Origin: Eledone cirrhosa
Lineage: Eukaryota
Assembly (NCBI GenBank): GCA_964016885.1
Contig: OZ024740.1
Coordinates: forward strand, 156,364,001 to 156,428,000
DNA: 64,000 nucleotides
Direction: 5' to 3'
Numbering within the stretch: position 1 is the stretch's first letter; the number at the start of each line of letters is the position of its first letter. Positions 36,896 to 52,626 of this stretch are shown here, piece by piece. Made by a program: the position numbers and the translations under genes. The notes beneath the pieces are model-generated. The model made no database searches and had not been told where the DNA came from. It worked only from the letters and a program-made list of their open reading frames with translations.

Positions 36896-37678
36896 ATGAG
36901 TGATCCTGGTTTTCCTGCGTTCTCAGGTGATACTAAGCTCTGGTTTGTGCAGCTCGACGCTTATTTCGCTGCGAACGAAGTGAAAACTGAGCAGAAGCTC
37001 AACTTCTTAATAAGTGGTATTCCTTCTTCACTCGCTATAACAGTGTAAGATTTGATTACGAACCCGTCGGCCAGTATTTCCTATGATTCGTTGCGGGAAG
37101 AAATTCTTCGAAGGAACAGTCGTTCTGCAGAAAGCAGATTTCGTTCATTGTTGGAGGATGAGTGTTTAGGCGACAGGTCGCCGTCCGAATTTTTGCGCCA
37201 CATTAGGGACCTCAGTGAATCGCCTGAACAGGATAATTCCTTTATAAAAAAATTATTTTTCTCTCGCCTGCAAAACACCGTTCAAATTATTTTGGCAAAT
37301 ATAGTGGACACCAGCTCTTTGGAGCAAATTGCTGCCTCCGCGGATCGAATCGTGGAGTTTTATAAAAAGGCTACCGCCTCGGACTCGCGTATTGCTTCCT
37401 CTCATTTGAACCAGTTCGTTTCGACACGTGAGGGTGCCATGTTGAAGGCTATTGACGCTTTGACGCAGCAAGTCGCTCGATTATGCAGGGAGAATAGGCC
37501 GTATTCCCGGCGGCCTAGGAGTCGTTCGCGTTCTTTCGCGAATCCACGTCTGCGTACTACTTCGCCCGCCAGCAACCCATTATTTTGCTGGTATCATGCC
37601 ACCTTCGCGGATAAGGCAAATCATTGCCGGCCTCCGTGTAATTATTCGGCCTCGGGAAATGTGGATCAGAGTCACTAA
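36896..37678 (+). pseudogene. Gypsy gag with one internal stop
   Basis: MSDPGFPAF..LWFVQLDAYF is in frame with ORF 37052-37678 across a TAA near 37046; C-terminal CWYH..F...A..C..PC motif. Confidence 0.85.
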
Positions 37679-39752
37679 AGGCGGCAAGTGAACTCTGCGA
37701 GACAAAACGGAACCGCCATTTTTTCATAGAGGACCTCCTGTCTGGAAGAGCCTTCCTCGTAGACACAGGAGCTTCGTGTAGTATTTGGCCTGTTAATAGT
37801 ATGACAGTAACTCCTCATGAGTCGTCGATTGAATTGCAAGCTGTCAACCAGTCAACAATCAGAACTTTTGGACAGATCTCACTTCCTCTTCAGTTCCGAA
37901 ATCTTCGTCGGGATTTCAAATGGGTTTTCACTGTTGCTGATCTGCCATACACGATTTTGGGCGCGGACTTCCTGCACCATTTTTCTTTGACGGTGGACGT
38001 CCGTCACCAACGCCTAGTCGACGATATTACTAGTTTTTCTCTTTGTGGCAGGACGGCGGAATTTTCTACAGTTAGCCCGACATTCTTCATCGCTAACTCC
38101 GGAAACCCATATCATGGACTGTTGAAATCGTTCCCGCAACTGACTCATGAAAATTTTAGAGTCACTGATCCAGGCTACGCCACGGAGCATTTTATTACTA
38201 CAACTGGCGCTCCGGTTTTTTCGCGTCCCCGCCGATTGCCAGCGGACAAACTGAAAGCAGCACGGTCCGAGTTCGATCATATGCTATAGCTCGAAATTAT
38301 TCGTCCTTCCACGAGCCCGTGGGTATATCCATTACATATGGTGCCAAAATCTTCTGACGATTGGAAACCCACAGTGGATTATAGAAGATTGAACTCGATG
38401 ACCGTACCGGACCGGTATCCTATCCCTCATTTGCAGGATTTTGCATCCTCGTTGCAAGGTTGCAACATTTTTTCGAAACTCGATTTGATACGAGCCTATA
38501 ACCAGATTCCTGTCAACAGAGACGACATCCCGAAAACGGCTATAACTACGCCATTTGGATCTTTCGAATTTCTCACTACCCTCGAATCGTTGGATGTTAT
38601 ATCACCTGAATTTGTGAATTGCAGGATGAAATACCTACCTTTAACGACCGCAGACGGACGGATCCTCTGCGACGTCTCTTTGTTCCGTTGAACCATCGTC
38701 GAACTGTGTTTCTTGTTTTACACGGCATTTCACATCCTGGATCTTCTGCCACCGTAAAACTCATAACGGCTAGGTTCTTCTGGCCAAATATGAGACGTGA
38801 AATTACTGTCCGGTGCCGTTCCTGTGTTGCTTGCCAGAAATCGAAAGTTCATAGACATGTTACGACTCCTCTTGGTACTTTTAGTAACCCGGACGCCCGG
38901 TTTCGCCATATTCATATGGACATCATGGGACATTCGCCCATCAGCGGTGGTTACAATTCCTTATTGACTGTAATCGATCGTTTGTCGCGATGGCCTGAAG
39001 CCATCCCCTTGAAATATATCACTGCTGAGACCACAGCGCGTGCCCTTGTGTCTGGATGGATCGCTCGATATGGAGTACCAACGTCAATTACCACGGACCG
39101 TGGAAGGCAGTTTGAATCGAACCTCTTCCATGAAATAACGAAGATCATCGGCGCTAAACGCATCCGAACTACAGCATATCATCCTGCCTCTAATGGAATG
39201 GTGGAGCGCTTCCACCGACAACTAAAAGACGCTCTACGGACTTCTCCTGACTCTACGCGTTGGAGCGAGTACCTCCCTATTGTGTTGTTGGGGATTCGGT
39301 CAACAATAAAGGAGGACCTTGGGTTCTCCCCGGCCGAATTGTTATATGGTGCTCCTCTAGCATTACCTGGGCAAATGCTTGCCCCTGTCGATCTTGCTGA
39401 ACAAGATCCGCTTTCCTACATATCCCGTATGCGTTCTTATTTTCAGGACCTGCTGCCGATGGATACGAGGGGGCAAACTGTAAAATCTGCACTCCCGAGG
39501 GATATTGCCTCGTGGACCCATGTGAGAAACGATGCCGTGAAACCACCTCTCACACAACCATACTCTGGACCCTACCGTGTATTAGCTCGTTCAGAGAAAC
39601 ATTTCACTGTATACATTAAGGGTTCTAGAGAGACGGTTTCGATTGATAGACTCAAACGAGCACATTTGGCACCTGAGCCACTAACGCCCCCGTCTTTTTC
39701 CTTTGCACACACACACCTTCTTCTTCGCCCCCCCCCCATCACCAAGATATAA
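37657..39752 (+). pseudogene. Gypsy pol: protease, RT N-terminus, deletion, integrase
   Basis: DTG protease; DYRRLN, DRYPIP and FSKLDL RT motifs stop at PFGSFEF; HHCC and DDE integrase ([20 protein letters not shown]). Confidence 0.9.
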
Positions 39753-40086
39753 GACTACGACCCGTTCCGGTCGGAGGGTTCATTGGCCCAAAAAACTGTG
39801 TAGCACGGTATATTTTTAAACTGCTATTGTGCGGTGCTTTAATCCTGTATTGACTATTGGAACTTCTAGAAAATTGTATTTACATTCTATTACATTTGTT
39901 TTTTTCCTTTCACGTGCTTGCATGCTTGTTTAATATGTGCTTTTGAAATTTGTTGTGTCCTTCAGGCTCGGTTGGGCTGATTGCTCCTTGGTTTGGGATT
40001 TTTGCTAGTTGCTCATCGGTTTTTCTACATACATGATTTGATGAACCGATTTTTATTTACTTTTCTAAAAATCTGATGGGAGGTCA

Positions 40087-40428
40087 TGTAGAAGATCACG
40101 CCACCTAGCGTCGACTTTGGAGGCAGTCGATTGACTGTCCTTAGTTCTGACGTCAGTAGCTGAAACAATCTCTCTTGGACGGTGATACTTTGAAGTGAAG
40201 AAACGTGTTTCCACGCAGCGACCCAAACAGCGATATCACACCATGTGGTCGCGGCATAATATGATGATTGACAATTACCCAACCTAGGAGCACTGATGTA
40301 TTAACTGTATTATAATTTGCTCTAATTAAAATGTTCACGTAACATAATTTTGAGGTATGTTTCTTTCTTGTTTGATGATGTTGCCTGCCAGTATATTATA
40401 TCCAATTAGACGGGATGTCTGACCTAAA
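40087..40428 (+). repeat. 3' LTR
   Basis: Direct repeat of the 5' LTR with small indels. Confidence 0.92.
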
Positions 40429-40590
40429 GACACAAGACCAGCAATTTTTGAGGGAGGGGAAAGTCGATTAAATCAAGCCAGTGCATTACTGATACTTCAT
40501 TTTATCGAGCCCGTAAGGATGAAAGGCAAAGCTAACCTCGGCGGGATTTGAACTCAGAACGTAAAGAGCCATAACTCTATGCTGCATCGG
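40429..40590 (-). mobile_element. SINE split by the Gypsy insertion (its tail lies at about 36096-36118)
   Basis: Joining the two flanks restores TTGTTTCTACTATAGACACAAGACCAGCAATT, matching the family end. Confidence 0.8.
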
Positions 40591-41464
40591 CGCTTGATGT
40601 TTGTTTATCCATACATAATCATCGATCTCATATTTGTAACCATTGCCACAGCAATGTTTTTATTCTGATAGAAGTAACAGGAGAAGTAGCAGTGACAGAT
40701 TAGGTTAGTGCAAGGCATGTAGCTGAGACAACAAAGGAGTCAAATATTTAAAATAAAATTACATAAAGATTAAAGGCAGTATAGTACTATAGCATAAAGC
40801 AAGGCTTCAGAAATTGCAGGGTCTGTAGCAAGTGCTACTCTTATTAAGATAGGTTAATCGGGCAAAATGGAGAAACAGTTCAGCATATATCATAGTTGAA
40901 TTTTAAGCATTACATCAACAGAAGAACATTCTTTTTATCGTTATCGTCATATAGTTTGTTTGATATCACTTTCTTCTCAAAATGTTTTTCTTCCTTATTT
41001 CATTCTCAGATTACTGAAATATTCCATATTGATTCCATTAGTAACTCTAGATCTTCGCAAGATATTTAATCGACATTTACATAATATTTCCATTACAAAA
41101 AAATGTTCTTCCCTTTTTCTTATAAGAAAGATTATATGAAGGCGAATACTGTGTTAAACTGAAGGCGAAAAGAAGGAAACCTCTAAAAAGAAATACAATC
41201 CGGATGAGAAAATTCTTGATTAATGACGAGCTGTAAGGGTCAGGCGACAAATTATGTAATGAGCCAGAATGCCATAGGTGGGATATGAAATACGTGCCAA
41301 GAATTTATGTAAGAATCATAATGTGCAAATACACACTCACTATATCAGAATGGACGGAGTTAGAACATTACTCACCAGAGTATTCGATACTTGGGGTAGT
41401 AAAGTGGATCTAGCTGTTGAAACGGTCGGAGCTCAACCGTCGGTCCTGAATTTTTTCATATAAT

Positions 41465-42356
<892 letters not shown>

Positions 42357-42357
<1 letters not shown>

Positions 42358-42520
42358 CGTATTTCCCGGCGTTGAAGACGCTACTTTTTTCCTAAAATAA
42401 GTAAAATATACCATGCGTCCTGGAGGCCGAAGGTTGTTGATTATTTTTTTTCAAATTTTTGGTTGTCAAAATTAGGGTGAGTTCTCGAGGACGAAACGTC
42501 TTCGGCGCCGTGAAATACGG
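42357..42520. mobile_element. Tc1/mariner (pogo/Tc2-like) MITE
   Basis: Imperfect 24-bp TIRs CCGTATTTCCCGGCGTTGAAGACG and CGTCTTCGGCGCCGTGAAATACGG, followed by TA. Confidence 0.75.
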
Positions 42521-42995
42521 TATGTATAAAGATATATCTGTATAAATACAGAGTGTGTAACCGAAACTGCACCAACATGTAGAAATGCATATATACGTAT
42601 CTAATGTGTAGGTATGTATACATGCCAGGAAATATGAATTTCCCTGTAAATTGAGAAAAAATGATGAACACCTTTAAGGAATTGTCGGATCTTATTGGGC
42701 CCTCATGATATGACGTGTATATCATGCAATCAACCAAAAGAAAGCATGTATGTCATGGGTATATATACCCGTTCGTTCTTCGTATTATTCTAAAATGGAC
42801 ATACTAATTTGCATATAATTAGCGCTGGTGTTGGTAATTAATTAAGATATATATTGGGAACTCCTGATGGAGTCACATGGGCACAATCATGATATACGAC
42901 TGTCTTGGGTACCTTTTACACCCGGGGTAGCCTAACACTTTCAAGATCTTAAAATAGCCAATTTAAAAAAAAAACCAGAAAGGAGAGAGAAAGAA

Positions 42996-43073
<78 letters not shown>

Positions 43074-43080
43074 ATAATGA

Positions 43081-43200
43081 CCGGTACTTTGTTTATCGAC
43101 CTCGAAGGGATGAAAATGAAAAGCAAAGTTGACCTCAGCGGGATTTGAACCAAGAGAGAGACATAACGAATACTGCAAAGTACCTTATTCGGCGTTCTAA
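43081..43200 (-). mobile_element. Diverged SINE copy
   Basis: CCGGTACTTTGTTTATCGACC...GCGGGATTTGAAC matches the SINE family. Confidence 0.65.
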
Positions 43201-44106
43201 CGTTGATTGTAATCCATCTATATCTATATCTTTCTGTATATATTAGATATAAGCACGTGCACACACACACACATTTGGAGAGAGAGAGAAGGTAAAGACA
43301 ATAGAGATTAGGATAAAGAAATATTAAAAACAGGGAGGGAGAATACGAAAGTAAAGGATAAAGCTAATTTTAAATTATGGACATTTTTTCCAGCTAAGTT
43401 ATCCCAAATTTTGTCTTCCATAAACAACCTTGTGCCACGAAGGGTAACTTTCTAGGCGCAAAACCCGTGCTCATTCGTGAACGGAGAGGGCCTTTTTCAC
43501 ACACACACACATATATATACATTTCACACGAACCCACATCATCCTCTTAAGCACACAAACACACACACACCCGTGCACATCTTCACATACACCCACACTC
43601 CATCCCACACCACCCTCTGATCCCGCACGATCTCCCCTTACCGCATCCGACCCTTTTCCATCCACATGCACACACACACAGACACTCATACAGGGACTAT
43701 ACACACACAGACATACACTCCACTCCAAACACACTCAATGGTTTTTCAAAACCTACAATCACATACACCCGCTCTCCCCCAGACTCTCACACTTACATCT
43801 ACGCATGCACACACACACACGTACATCTACACACACACACACACCTCACCTTCCGCCATCCCCGTTCGGACTCCATTTTTTCTTCCACATCTCTCTCTCA
43901 GCTCCACCCACCCCCAAGCACCACCACACCCGTGCCCTCCCGGATCCATACACCCCTTTCACTTTTTAATATTCTGTTTTTTTTTTTTTATTTTTTAGAA
44001 ACTTTTTTTACACTTCATGTTCCATTTTCAATTTATTTTTATTTCTATTTTTCTCGCTAACTGCTTCCCCCCTCCCATTGCTTCCTGGACCCCCCCCCCC
44101 CCCCCA

Positions 44107-44143
44107 CGCTCCTGATGAAGGGCTTATACCCGAAACGTCGCAA
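44107..44143 (+). ncRNA. Minimal type I hammerhead-like motif (Penelope pLTR type), stem I degenerate
   Basis: CTGATGA-A-GGG-CTTATA-CCC-GAAACGTC, with an ACGT palindrome as stem III. Confidence 0.55.
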
Positions 44144-45360
44144 CCACACCCCCACTCTCAATATTTGTAACATTTACTCCTGCGTATGCCTGTCTTTTAA
44201 AACATTATTTTCTGTTATTCCGAACTATATATATATATATACATATATGCACCTGGAATTTATTCAAGCTAAAAAAAAAAAAAAAAAAACTTTTATCATT
44301 AAAAGAATTTAAAGAAACAATCGAAAATGATTGGAACGTCAGCAGCTTGTCTGAAGATGGAACCCGGTAGGTGGGGTGGCTGTTGCAGTGGGTGTCGCTG
44401 GCCATTTGTCCGAAGAAATGCCTTTACAGCTTTGTCCACGGGGCGCAGCCCAAACATCGCCGCGCCCTACGCCCAGAGCCCATAACTCTCTCCCTTCGAC
44501 CCTTCTTTTCTTCTGTGGCTCTAGAGTTTTTGCTTTCTCCTTCCTTTTCTTCTCATTTAAGGCATTTATAATCGTTTCCTCTACTTTCCCATACAGCCAG
44601 CTCTGCCCTTCTTTACCCCTTCCCCTTTTTCTCATTACTTAATTTTGCTTTTATTTTTGTTTTTCATATGGTTTTTAAGCCAAATTTGTAAAAAATAAAC
44701 TATATTACTAAAATATTTCTAAAAATTTATACGAAATGTAAATTGAAAAATTTAAACGAAAAAAGTAGAAAACCGTTAGTTATACAAAAGTAAGGGGGGT
44801 AACTCATGCAGCATCACCTGAAAAGAATTTGCGTATCATTAAAAGGTATCATTGTATGACGTTCTAGATAACACATTTAAAAAAAAATTATTATTTAGTT
44901 TATAAGGATTAATTTTTCTGTAAGCATAAAATATAAACTAATTGATTAATACGTATTATTGAACAAGAAGATATCTTGGATAAGCGAAAACAAACACTAT
45001 GCTGCCAGAACATTTCGTTGAATAGTCTCCCCTTCATGGCTGCAACGCGAGATAAGATTTGTGGAATGAAAAATATATTCTTTTATCGTGATATTCTTTA
45101 ACTCGTTGACATCATTGGGACAACATGCTGGGGCACAACACAACCGTCAATATTGTAGTCAATCGAACTCATTTATTAACTTCCAGTCTTGCCTTTATTT
45201 AATCGACCGTCTCTAGTCGAAAGATCGGAGTTATCGATACAGTCTAAACACAACCCCATATTTATCGAACGATGTAAACATAGGCATTATGCACGCACAC
45301 ACACACAACACACACACGATTTAATGGCCGTTCTAGCGATGAATTTTCTCATTTTTATAT

Positions 45361-45766
<406 letters not shown>

Positions 45767-45769
45767 TGT

Positions 45770-46491
45770 TATACATTTATATCATTAGATATTTATGTAT
45801 GTATATATATGTCATTCACCATTTTGTAATGATTAAATGCTCGGATTTATTCTTTTAATTTTTTCTTTGGGCTATTTTGGAAGGCAAAGACACATGTTCG
45901 AGATTATCTCAAACATGACATCTATAAATTTCAATATAATATATATAATATTTTAAAACTCCTACTTAGTTGAGTTGTTAATATGTTGAGAGGTTACACT
46001 GCTATGTCTAGTTGGCGTGAACGCATGTATGTCATTGCAGACGATGAGCGCGTGTGTTGGCCTTTTGATAATACCATGTACTTCTCTCGTCGTCTTCAGT
46101 TTTGTATGTTAGCCGTTGTAAGTTTATATAGATCGATTCCCTCACTGAACATCCATATCGATTATCTAACTGCACCGATATTTGGTGAAATGTATTCATG
46201 ATTTGTGAAGGATACATATGGGGGAAATATATATGATTTTTATCAGGTATCTATATTTTAAATTTTAATATGATACTGTAATGAACTATGTATTCTTACA
46301 TTCTATACACATTGTCTCTTGTTAAAGTTTGATATATCCTATTATACATGTATATCATTGGATTTTTATGTATGTATATATGTCAATCACTATTTTGTAA
46401 TGATTAAATGCTCGGATTTATTCTTTGAACTTTTTCTTTGAGCTTATTTTGGGAGATAAGACACATTATAGATGTCATGTTTGAGATTATA

Positions 46492-46492
<1 letters not shown>
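45770..46492. repeat. Terminally redundant unit, period about 571 bp
   Basis: About 140 bp at 45770-45907 is repeated with divergence at 46345-46490. Confidence 0.75.
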
Positions 46493-46583
<91 letters not shown>

Positions 46584-46715
46584 GTATATCGTCACCTAGG
46601 CATCACTTGCTAAAGGACAAGTATTTGGGATCTTTCAAATATAAAGGAATAAATGCAAAAATAAAATAAAATGAAATAAATAATGGAATTCTTGAGTGGA
46701 GTGACGTTCATTATA

Positions 46716-46903
46716 GGCGGTGGATTGGCAGTATTGGTAGAGGGTCGGACGCCATGCTTTGTAGCACAGTTACGTCCCTTTATGGTCTGAGTTCAAATCC
46801 CGCCGAGGTTAACTTTGCCTTTCATCCTTACGGGGTCGATAAAATAAAGTACCAGTAATACACTGGGATAATTCTGGCCTTGTGCCAAAAGTAGAAACAA
46901 TTA
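46716..46903 (+). mobile_element. Full-length tRNA-derived SINE
   Basis: A box TGGCAGTATTGG, B box GAGTTCAAATCC, family tail. Confidence 0.88.
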
Positions 46904-48369
46904 TAATATTGCATAGATGAGTATGAGAATGAAAGGTGGACGTTGTGATCCCTCGGGTCGAGATCAATAAGGAAACCATACCAGTTTTAAGAATGAATGT
47001 TTGAATTAAGTGTTTAGAAATGGGTATTTTGGTTGAGAGTTATATGGGTTGTTATGAATGTTAATATTTGTTTGTGTATTGTATCACAGAGAGTAACCGA
47101 AGAAGGAATGTTGTGGAAAATATCATCATACGACTTTATAATGTTTATAATATATAATTTATTTACAAACCAATTACAAAGGTTTAGCGGGCACGCCAAG
47201 AGAAATGAATAGACAAATTAAGAGTTTAAGGAGTTACGGTCAACTTGCTGAGGCGTTAGCCAGACCCGTAGTGATATTTGTTGCTACATATTGTCTATGC
47301 TTGAGGAACGAAATCAAGAGATGTTTACCTTGGTGGTGTCGACCTGCAAGAGAGAGATTTTTGAAGCGAAGCGGGGAATATTTCCCTTTCGGCGGAAGTT
47401 GAAATACATTTCCCTACGCTGATAGCGATTGGCTGAACCGAGCCAAACAACGTATGGAGAATGTATTCAAGAACCCTCAGAATATTGGTCACTACAAGTA
47501 AAAGTGTTAGTGAAGTATTATTCTCCAAAAATCCTCGATGCTTGTAAACGATGTGACCACTCAATCTTGAGACAGCAAATTGAAAGGTTGTCGAGGAATA
47601 CATTTGGTCTAAATAAAAGCAAAGAAAATATACAAAGCAAAACACCACTGCCCACATAAAAAAAACGTTACTTTTAATTGTGAATTATGAGTCTAAAGAA
47701 ATTGAACTGATAGGTCATGATCAGAAAACCTCTCATGAAATTAGCTGGATAGCATACTGGATGTGATGGTAACTTTAGCTGTAGGGGGCAATTTTCCTTT
47801 TATCTTTCGTCATTCTGTTTCTTGCATTCATCAGACAAAATGCGTTACTGTATTTAGTTACGGCATTTTACGTTTTAACTCAAAACTCATAATTAAATAC
47901 TGCAAAGCATTTTGTCCGACGATCTACCGATACTGCTAATCCACCGTCTTAAAAGTTATTACAATACTATCAACAATTACATTATTAGTAAATGCTTATA
48001 TTTTGAGAAAATTATTTTGAAATATTGAACATGTAAGAGTAATGAAGGATCAATTTCTTCAATTATATCGATCTCTCTAAATTTGTCAACTAATGTTTGT
48101 GAAATCAAACCAATTAAAGATGATGTACCTCTCAAAGGCAATAACAATTGCCCTGGATATGATGATCACATGTTCAATGCTGCTAAAAACCTGGGCAATA
48201 TTGTTTAGTCTGAAAATTGTAAATTAAATTTGAAATCCATACCAAAATAAATGTAAAATAATATGATCTAGTAAATTGGCCGAAGGAATTATCAGTGGCG
48301 CAAACTGATCCCATGACTGAATAAACCGCACCCTATTATTAAACAGTATAAGTTTTACAAATGATGCAT

Positions 48370-51215
48370 TGCTGTTGAACAGCAACAACAAAAACCGAAG
48401 ATCGTGTCTTCCTCTACCATTGTTCCTGAACAACAGCAAAAACCCAAAACCAAAAAAACCAACGACCGTAGCTTCTGCTACTACCCCAGTTGAAGGACTT
48501 CATCAACAATAGCAACCCATGTCTTCCTCCCCCGTTACTTTTCAACAACAACAACCGACGACTGTGTCTTCCTCTACCATGCCTGTTGAAGAAGAAGAAC
48601 AACAAAAATCGACCTCAATACGGAATTTGAGAAAATACGGCAAATGATTTCCGCTTTAAGCCGAGATATAGCGGGAATCAAATCAAGCGTTCGGATATTT
48701 TTTAACAAGGCGCTCCGCGATCTTACCGGAGTGCCTTGTTAAAAAAATATCCGCGTACCTCTTGCCGTACCTAGACGCATTGAGAATGCCACTGAATCTG
48801 TAAACCACGAAGTGATTGCCATTGGTGTACCAGAAGACATAGTTGATCTTCAGACATTTGCTGCCAGTTCATTCAAAGACTTGCGCTGTGCTCCACCGAA
48901 GGGTGCTCTACGCCTTGGCCGACCAGGTCCGAAACCCAGACTAATTAGACTGTCTTTTTCGAACTCAACTGAGGCACGTTCATATCTTTTGGCCTCTGAT
49001 AAAGCTAGCCGTGAAAGTCGGATTGCGTTCCAAACACGCCCTGGTCTTCCATCTGATGTACGCCCAAAGCTGCGTGCTGCAACTTCCTTAAACCGCAACT
49101 CGACAGAACATGAAAGCTTCAGCCTGCGTGGTTATGGGCAGATATGGAAGTTTATTAAGGCTGGTGAAACATGGAAAAGAGATACCAGCTGGTCTGAAAA
49201 CACTGTACCCACAACAACTGAAAATAAAAAAACTGAAAAAACTCTGGGAAACTAATTCAGAACAACCAGTCATCCCCTGCACATAATCATAGACTGGAAT
49301 CAAGGTACACATTGTTGTCCTTGAATGCACGTAGTCTATGCAATAAAATACATCTTTTTGACTCCTACGTCAAAAGTATTGACCCTGACTTCATTACTGT
49401 CACAGAAACATGGGCACATTCCTTACTCAGTGATGGGGTTTTCAGCATAATTGGCTACAACTTGTTTCGTAAAGACCGATTTAATCGTCGCGGTGGTGGT
49501 GTAGTGTTCTACGTTCGGTCAAATCTTTCATCAAATCCTTGTGTTGATTTGAACCAATCGCAGCAAGAGGTATGTCAACACTGCTACTTGGAGTCGTTTA
49601 CCCCCCCCCCCCCCCCCAATTACCACCAGGACACACAACTTTGTAATATTCTAAGAGCTGCTGCCAGGAAAACAGCACTTATGTTTTTATCTGCATAAAT
49701 CAGATATCAATAGGAAAAAGCGAAATGAATCATCCAACCATCTCAAACAGGTGACAAAAAAAGCAGTGCTTGAATTTGAGCAGCGCATAGCAACCAGCCC
49801 AGACAGTAAGGTGTTCTGGAAGTATGTTCACTCAAAGCAGAAGCCTCACTCTCCAGTTGGTCCTCTTCTCAATCCCCACACAAGCCAGGTTATTGACGAC
49901 CCCAAGGAATGCGCAGAACTCATTGCTGAATGCTATGCAGGCATTTTCACTATTGAAGACCAGAGTGTACGTCTCCACCACCTCTGACATCGGATTCTAT
50001 TACAACCATGGAATTTACACCTACAATGCTGCGACGCCACCTTAAAAATAAACGCAACCATACCTCTCCTGGTCTTGATGGTGTTACGTACCTGCTTCTC
50101 AAACGTGGTGGGTACTTCCTTCTGCACCAGCTATCACGCTTCTTCCAATTCTGTCTGAATAACGGTGCTACTCCAGAACAGTGGAAAACTGCCAGTGTCA
50201 TTCCTCTATTCAAAAAGTGTGACCGCACATCACCTGTGAACTATCGTCCAGTCAGTCTTACTAGCTGCATTGCCAAACTGATGGAATCCTGTGTCAGAGA
50301 AACGCGTTGGAACTTCTGGAACTCTCGCAGTCTTATCCGGCCCTCGCAATTTGGATTTATCCCTAACTCCAGCTGCTGTGATCAACTTATCAAGTTTCTT
50401 GAAGACATCACCCGGATCACTGATGGCGGCTCATGGGTGGATGTTGTTTACCTTGACTTTGCTAAAGCTTTCAATTCTGTGCCACACAAAAGACTTAAGG
50501 CAAAACTCTCTGCAATGGGTGTGAAGGATGATCTTTTTAACTGGTTGAAGTCCTTCATTCTCAGTCGAAGAGAGGTAGTCACGGTCCTAGGACAGCATTT
50601 CTCACCATATGAGATGTCATCTGGTGTACCACAGGGATCTGTTCTTGGGCCCCTTTTGTTTGTGGCATATATTAATGACATAGATGCCAACATAAAGAAT
50701 GCCACAGTACTGAAATATACAGATGACATGAAGCTGTACCTTGAGATAAAAAGGACAGATCCTGAACACTATAGATCTTGCGTGCAATCTGACCTGAACA
50801 CAATGCAACAATGGATCACGGACCAACTCAAGCTGGCTGTGGACAAGTGTACCACCATGTATTTTTGGAGAAAAAACCCAACGTCCACATAATCCCTCCA
50901 CAACACTAATATCAAGAAGTCTTCTTGTGAACGTGACCTGGGCATTACTGTCAGCAGAGATTTGCGTTTGACGAAGCACGTCTCTAAAATTGTCAAGAAG
51001 GCCGAGGGTGTCTTCGCATCACTCAGCAAGACCTTTGTCAGACGCTCTCCAGCTATCTATTTAAAGCTATATATAGCTATGGTGCGGCCACCCTTAGAAT
51101 TTGCATCACCAGTCTGGAACCCCTATCTTGCTCAGAACATTGACCGCCTGGAAACTGTTCAGAGACGTGCAACCAAGTGAATACTCTCCATCAGACACCT
51201 ACCATACGCTGAATC
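48370..51215 (+). mobile_element. CR1-group LINE, degenerate and internally deleted
   Basis: APE N-terminus (LNARSL, VTETW, RKDR..RGGGV), RT (YRPVSLTS, YLDFAKAF, SGVPQGSVLGPLLF, YTDD) and CR1-type tail VRPPLEFASPVWNP..LETVQRRATK. The 5' boundary is uncertain. Confidence 0.85.
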
Positions 51216-51716
51216 CATGGATAAGGATAATATTTACGATAGCTATAACTATGGCAAAGGAAGAGAAACTTAAGCTGATAAAGATATATTTGAAGTAGTT
51301 CACGACACAAGACAGGTTAATTTGTTTGTTATGGAAAGTGGTACTGTAAAACGTTAAGCATAACGTTAAGAAAGTTCTATGAAATCATTGGCTGATCTGA
51401 AGAAGAAAAAAAAAAGAAAAGCAAATTTTAGTTAAAAAAATGCATTTATTCTTTTTCAGCATTTATTCTTTTGTTCATAATTTTTCATTTACTGTGCATC
51501 TACAGATCAACGGCACTCTTCCTATTTCCTCTTTCCCATGCATCCCCCCACTCAGTGTCCTGTTACCCCATTCTTTCTCCTATCTCTCTCTTTCTTTCTT
51601 GCTCATTCTCTCGAAAGGATTTCAAACTTTGATGCTGTGCAAGAACTTTTTACTTTAGAGTGTATAATGTAAAAGTCCCTTTATTTCTACATTTATTCTT
51701 TTTTCTTGCCTAAGAG

Positions 51717-52626
<910 letters not shown>

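Larger units (their letters stand above)
36119..40428 (+). mobile_element. Ty3/Gypsy LTR retrotransposon, internally deleted
   Basis: LTRs at 36119-36481 and 40087-40428, TSD (A)GACA, PBS at 36483, purine-rich tract before the 3' LTR; domain order gag, protease (FLVDTGAS), partial RT, integrase. Confidence 0.95.

Noticed and set aside
44339-44635. 98-aa basic ORF on the minus strand
   Set aside because: No recognisable domain or splice context; could be a repeat fragment.
46030-46105. Minus-strand CTGAAGA with a GACGACGAG/CTCATCGTC stem as a hammerhead
   Set aside because: The stem is not followed by GAAA.
47000-47660. Possible decayed LINE 3' end on the minus strand (FLLACP motif)
   Set aside because: Only one short motif is recognisable, which is not enough to assign it.
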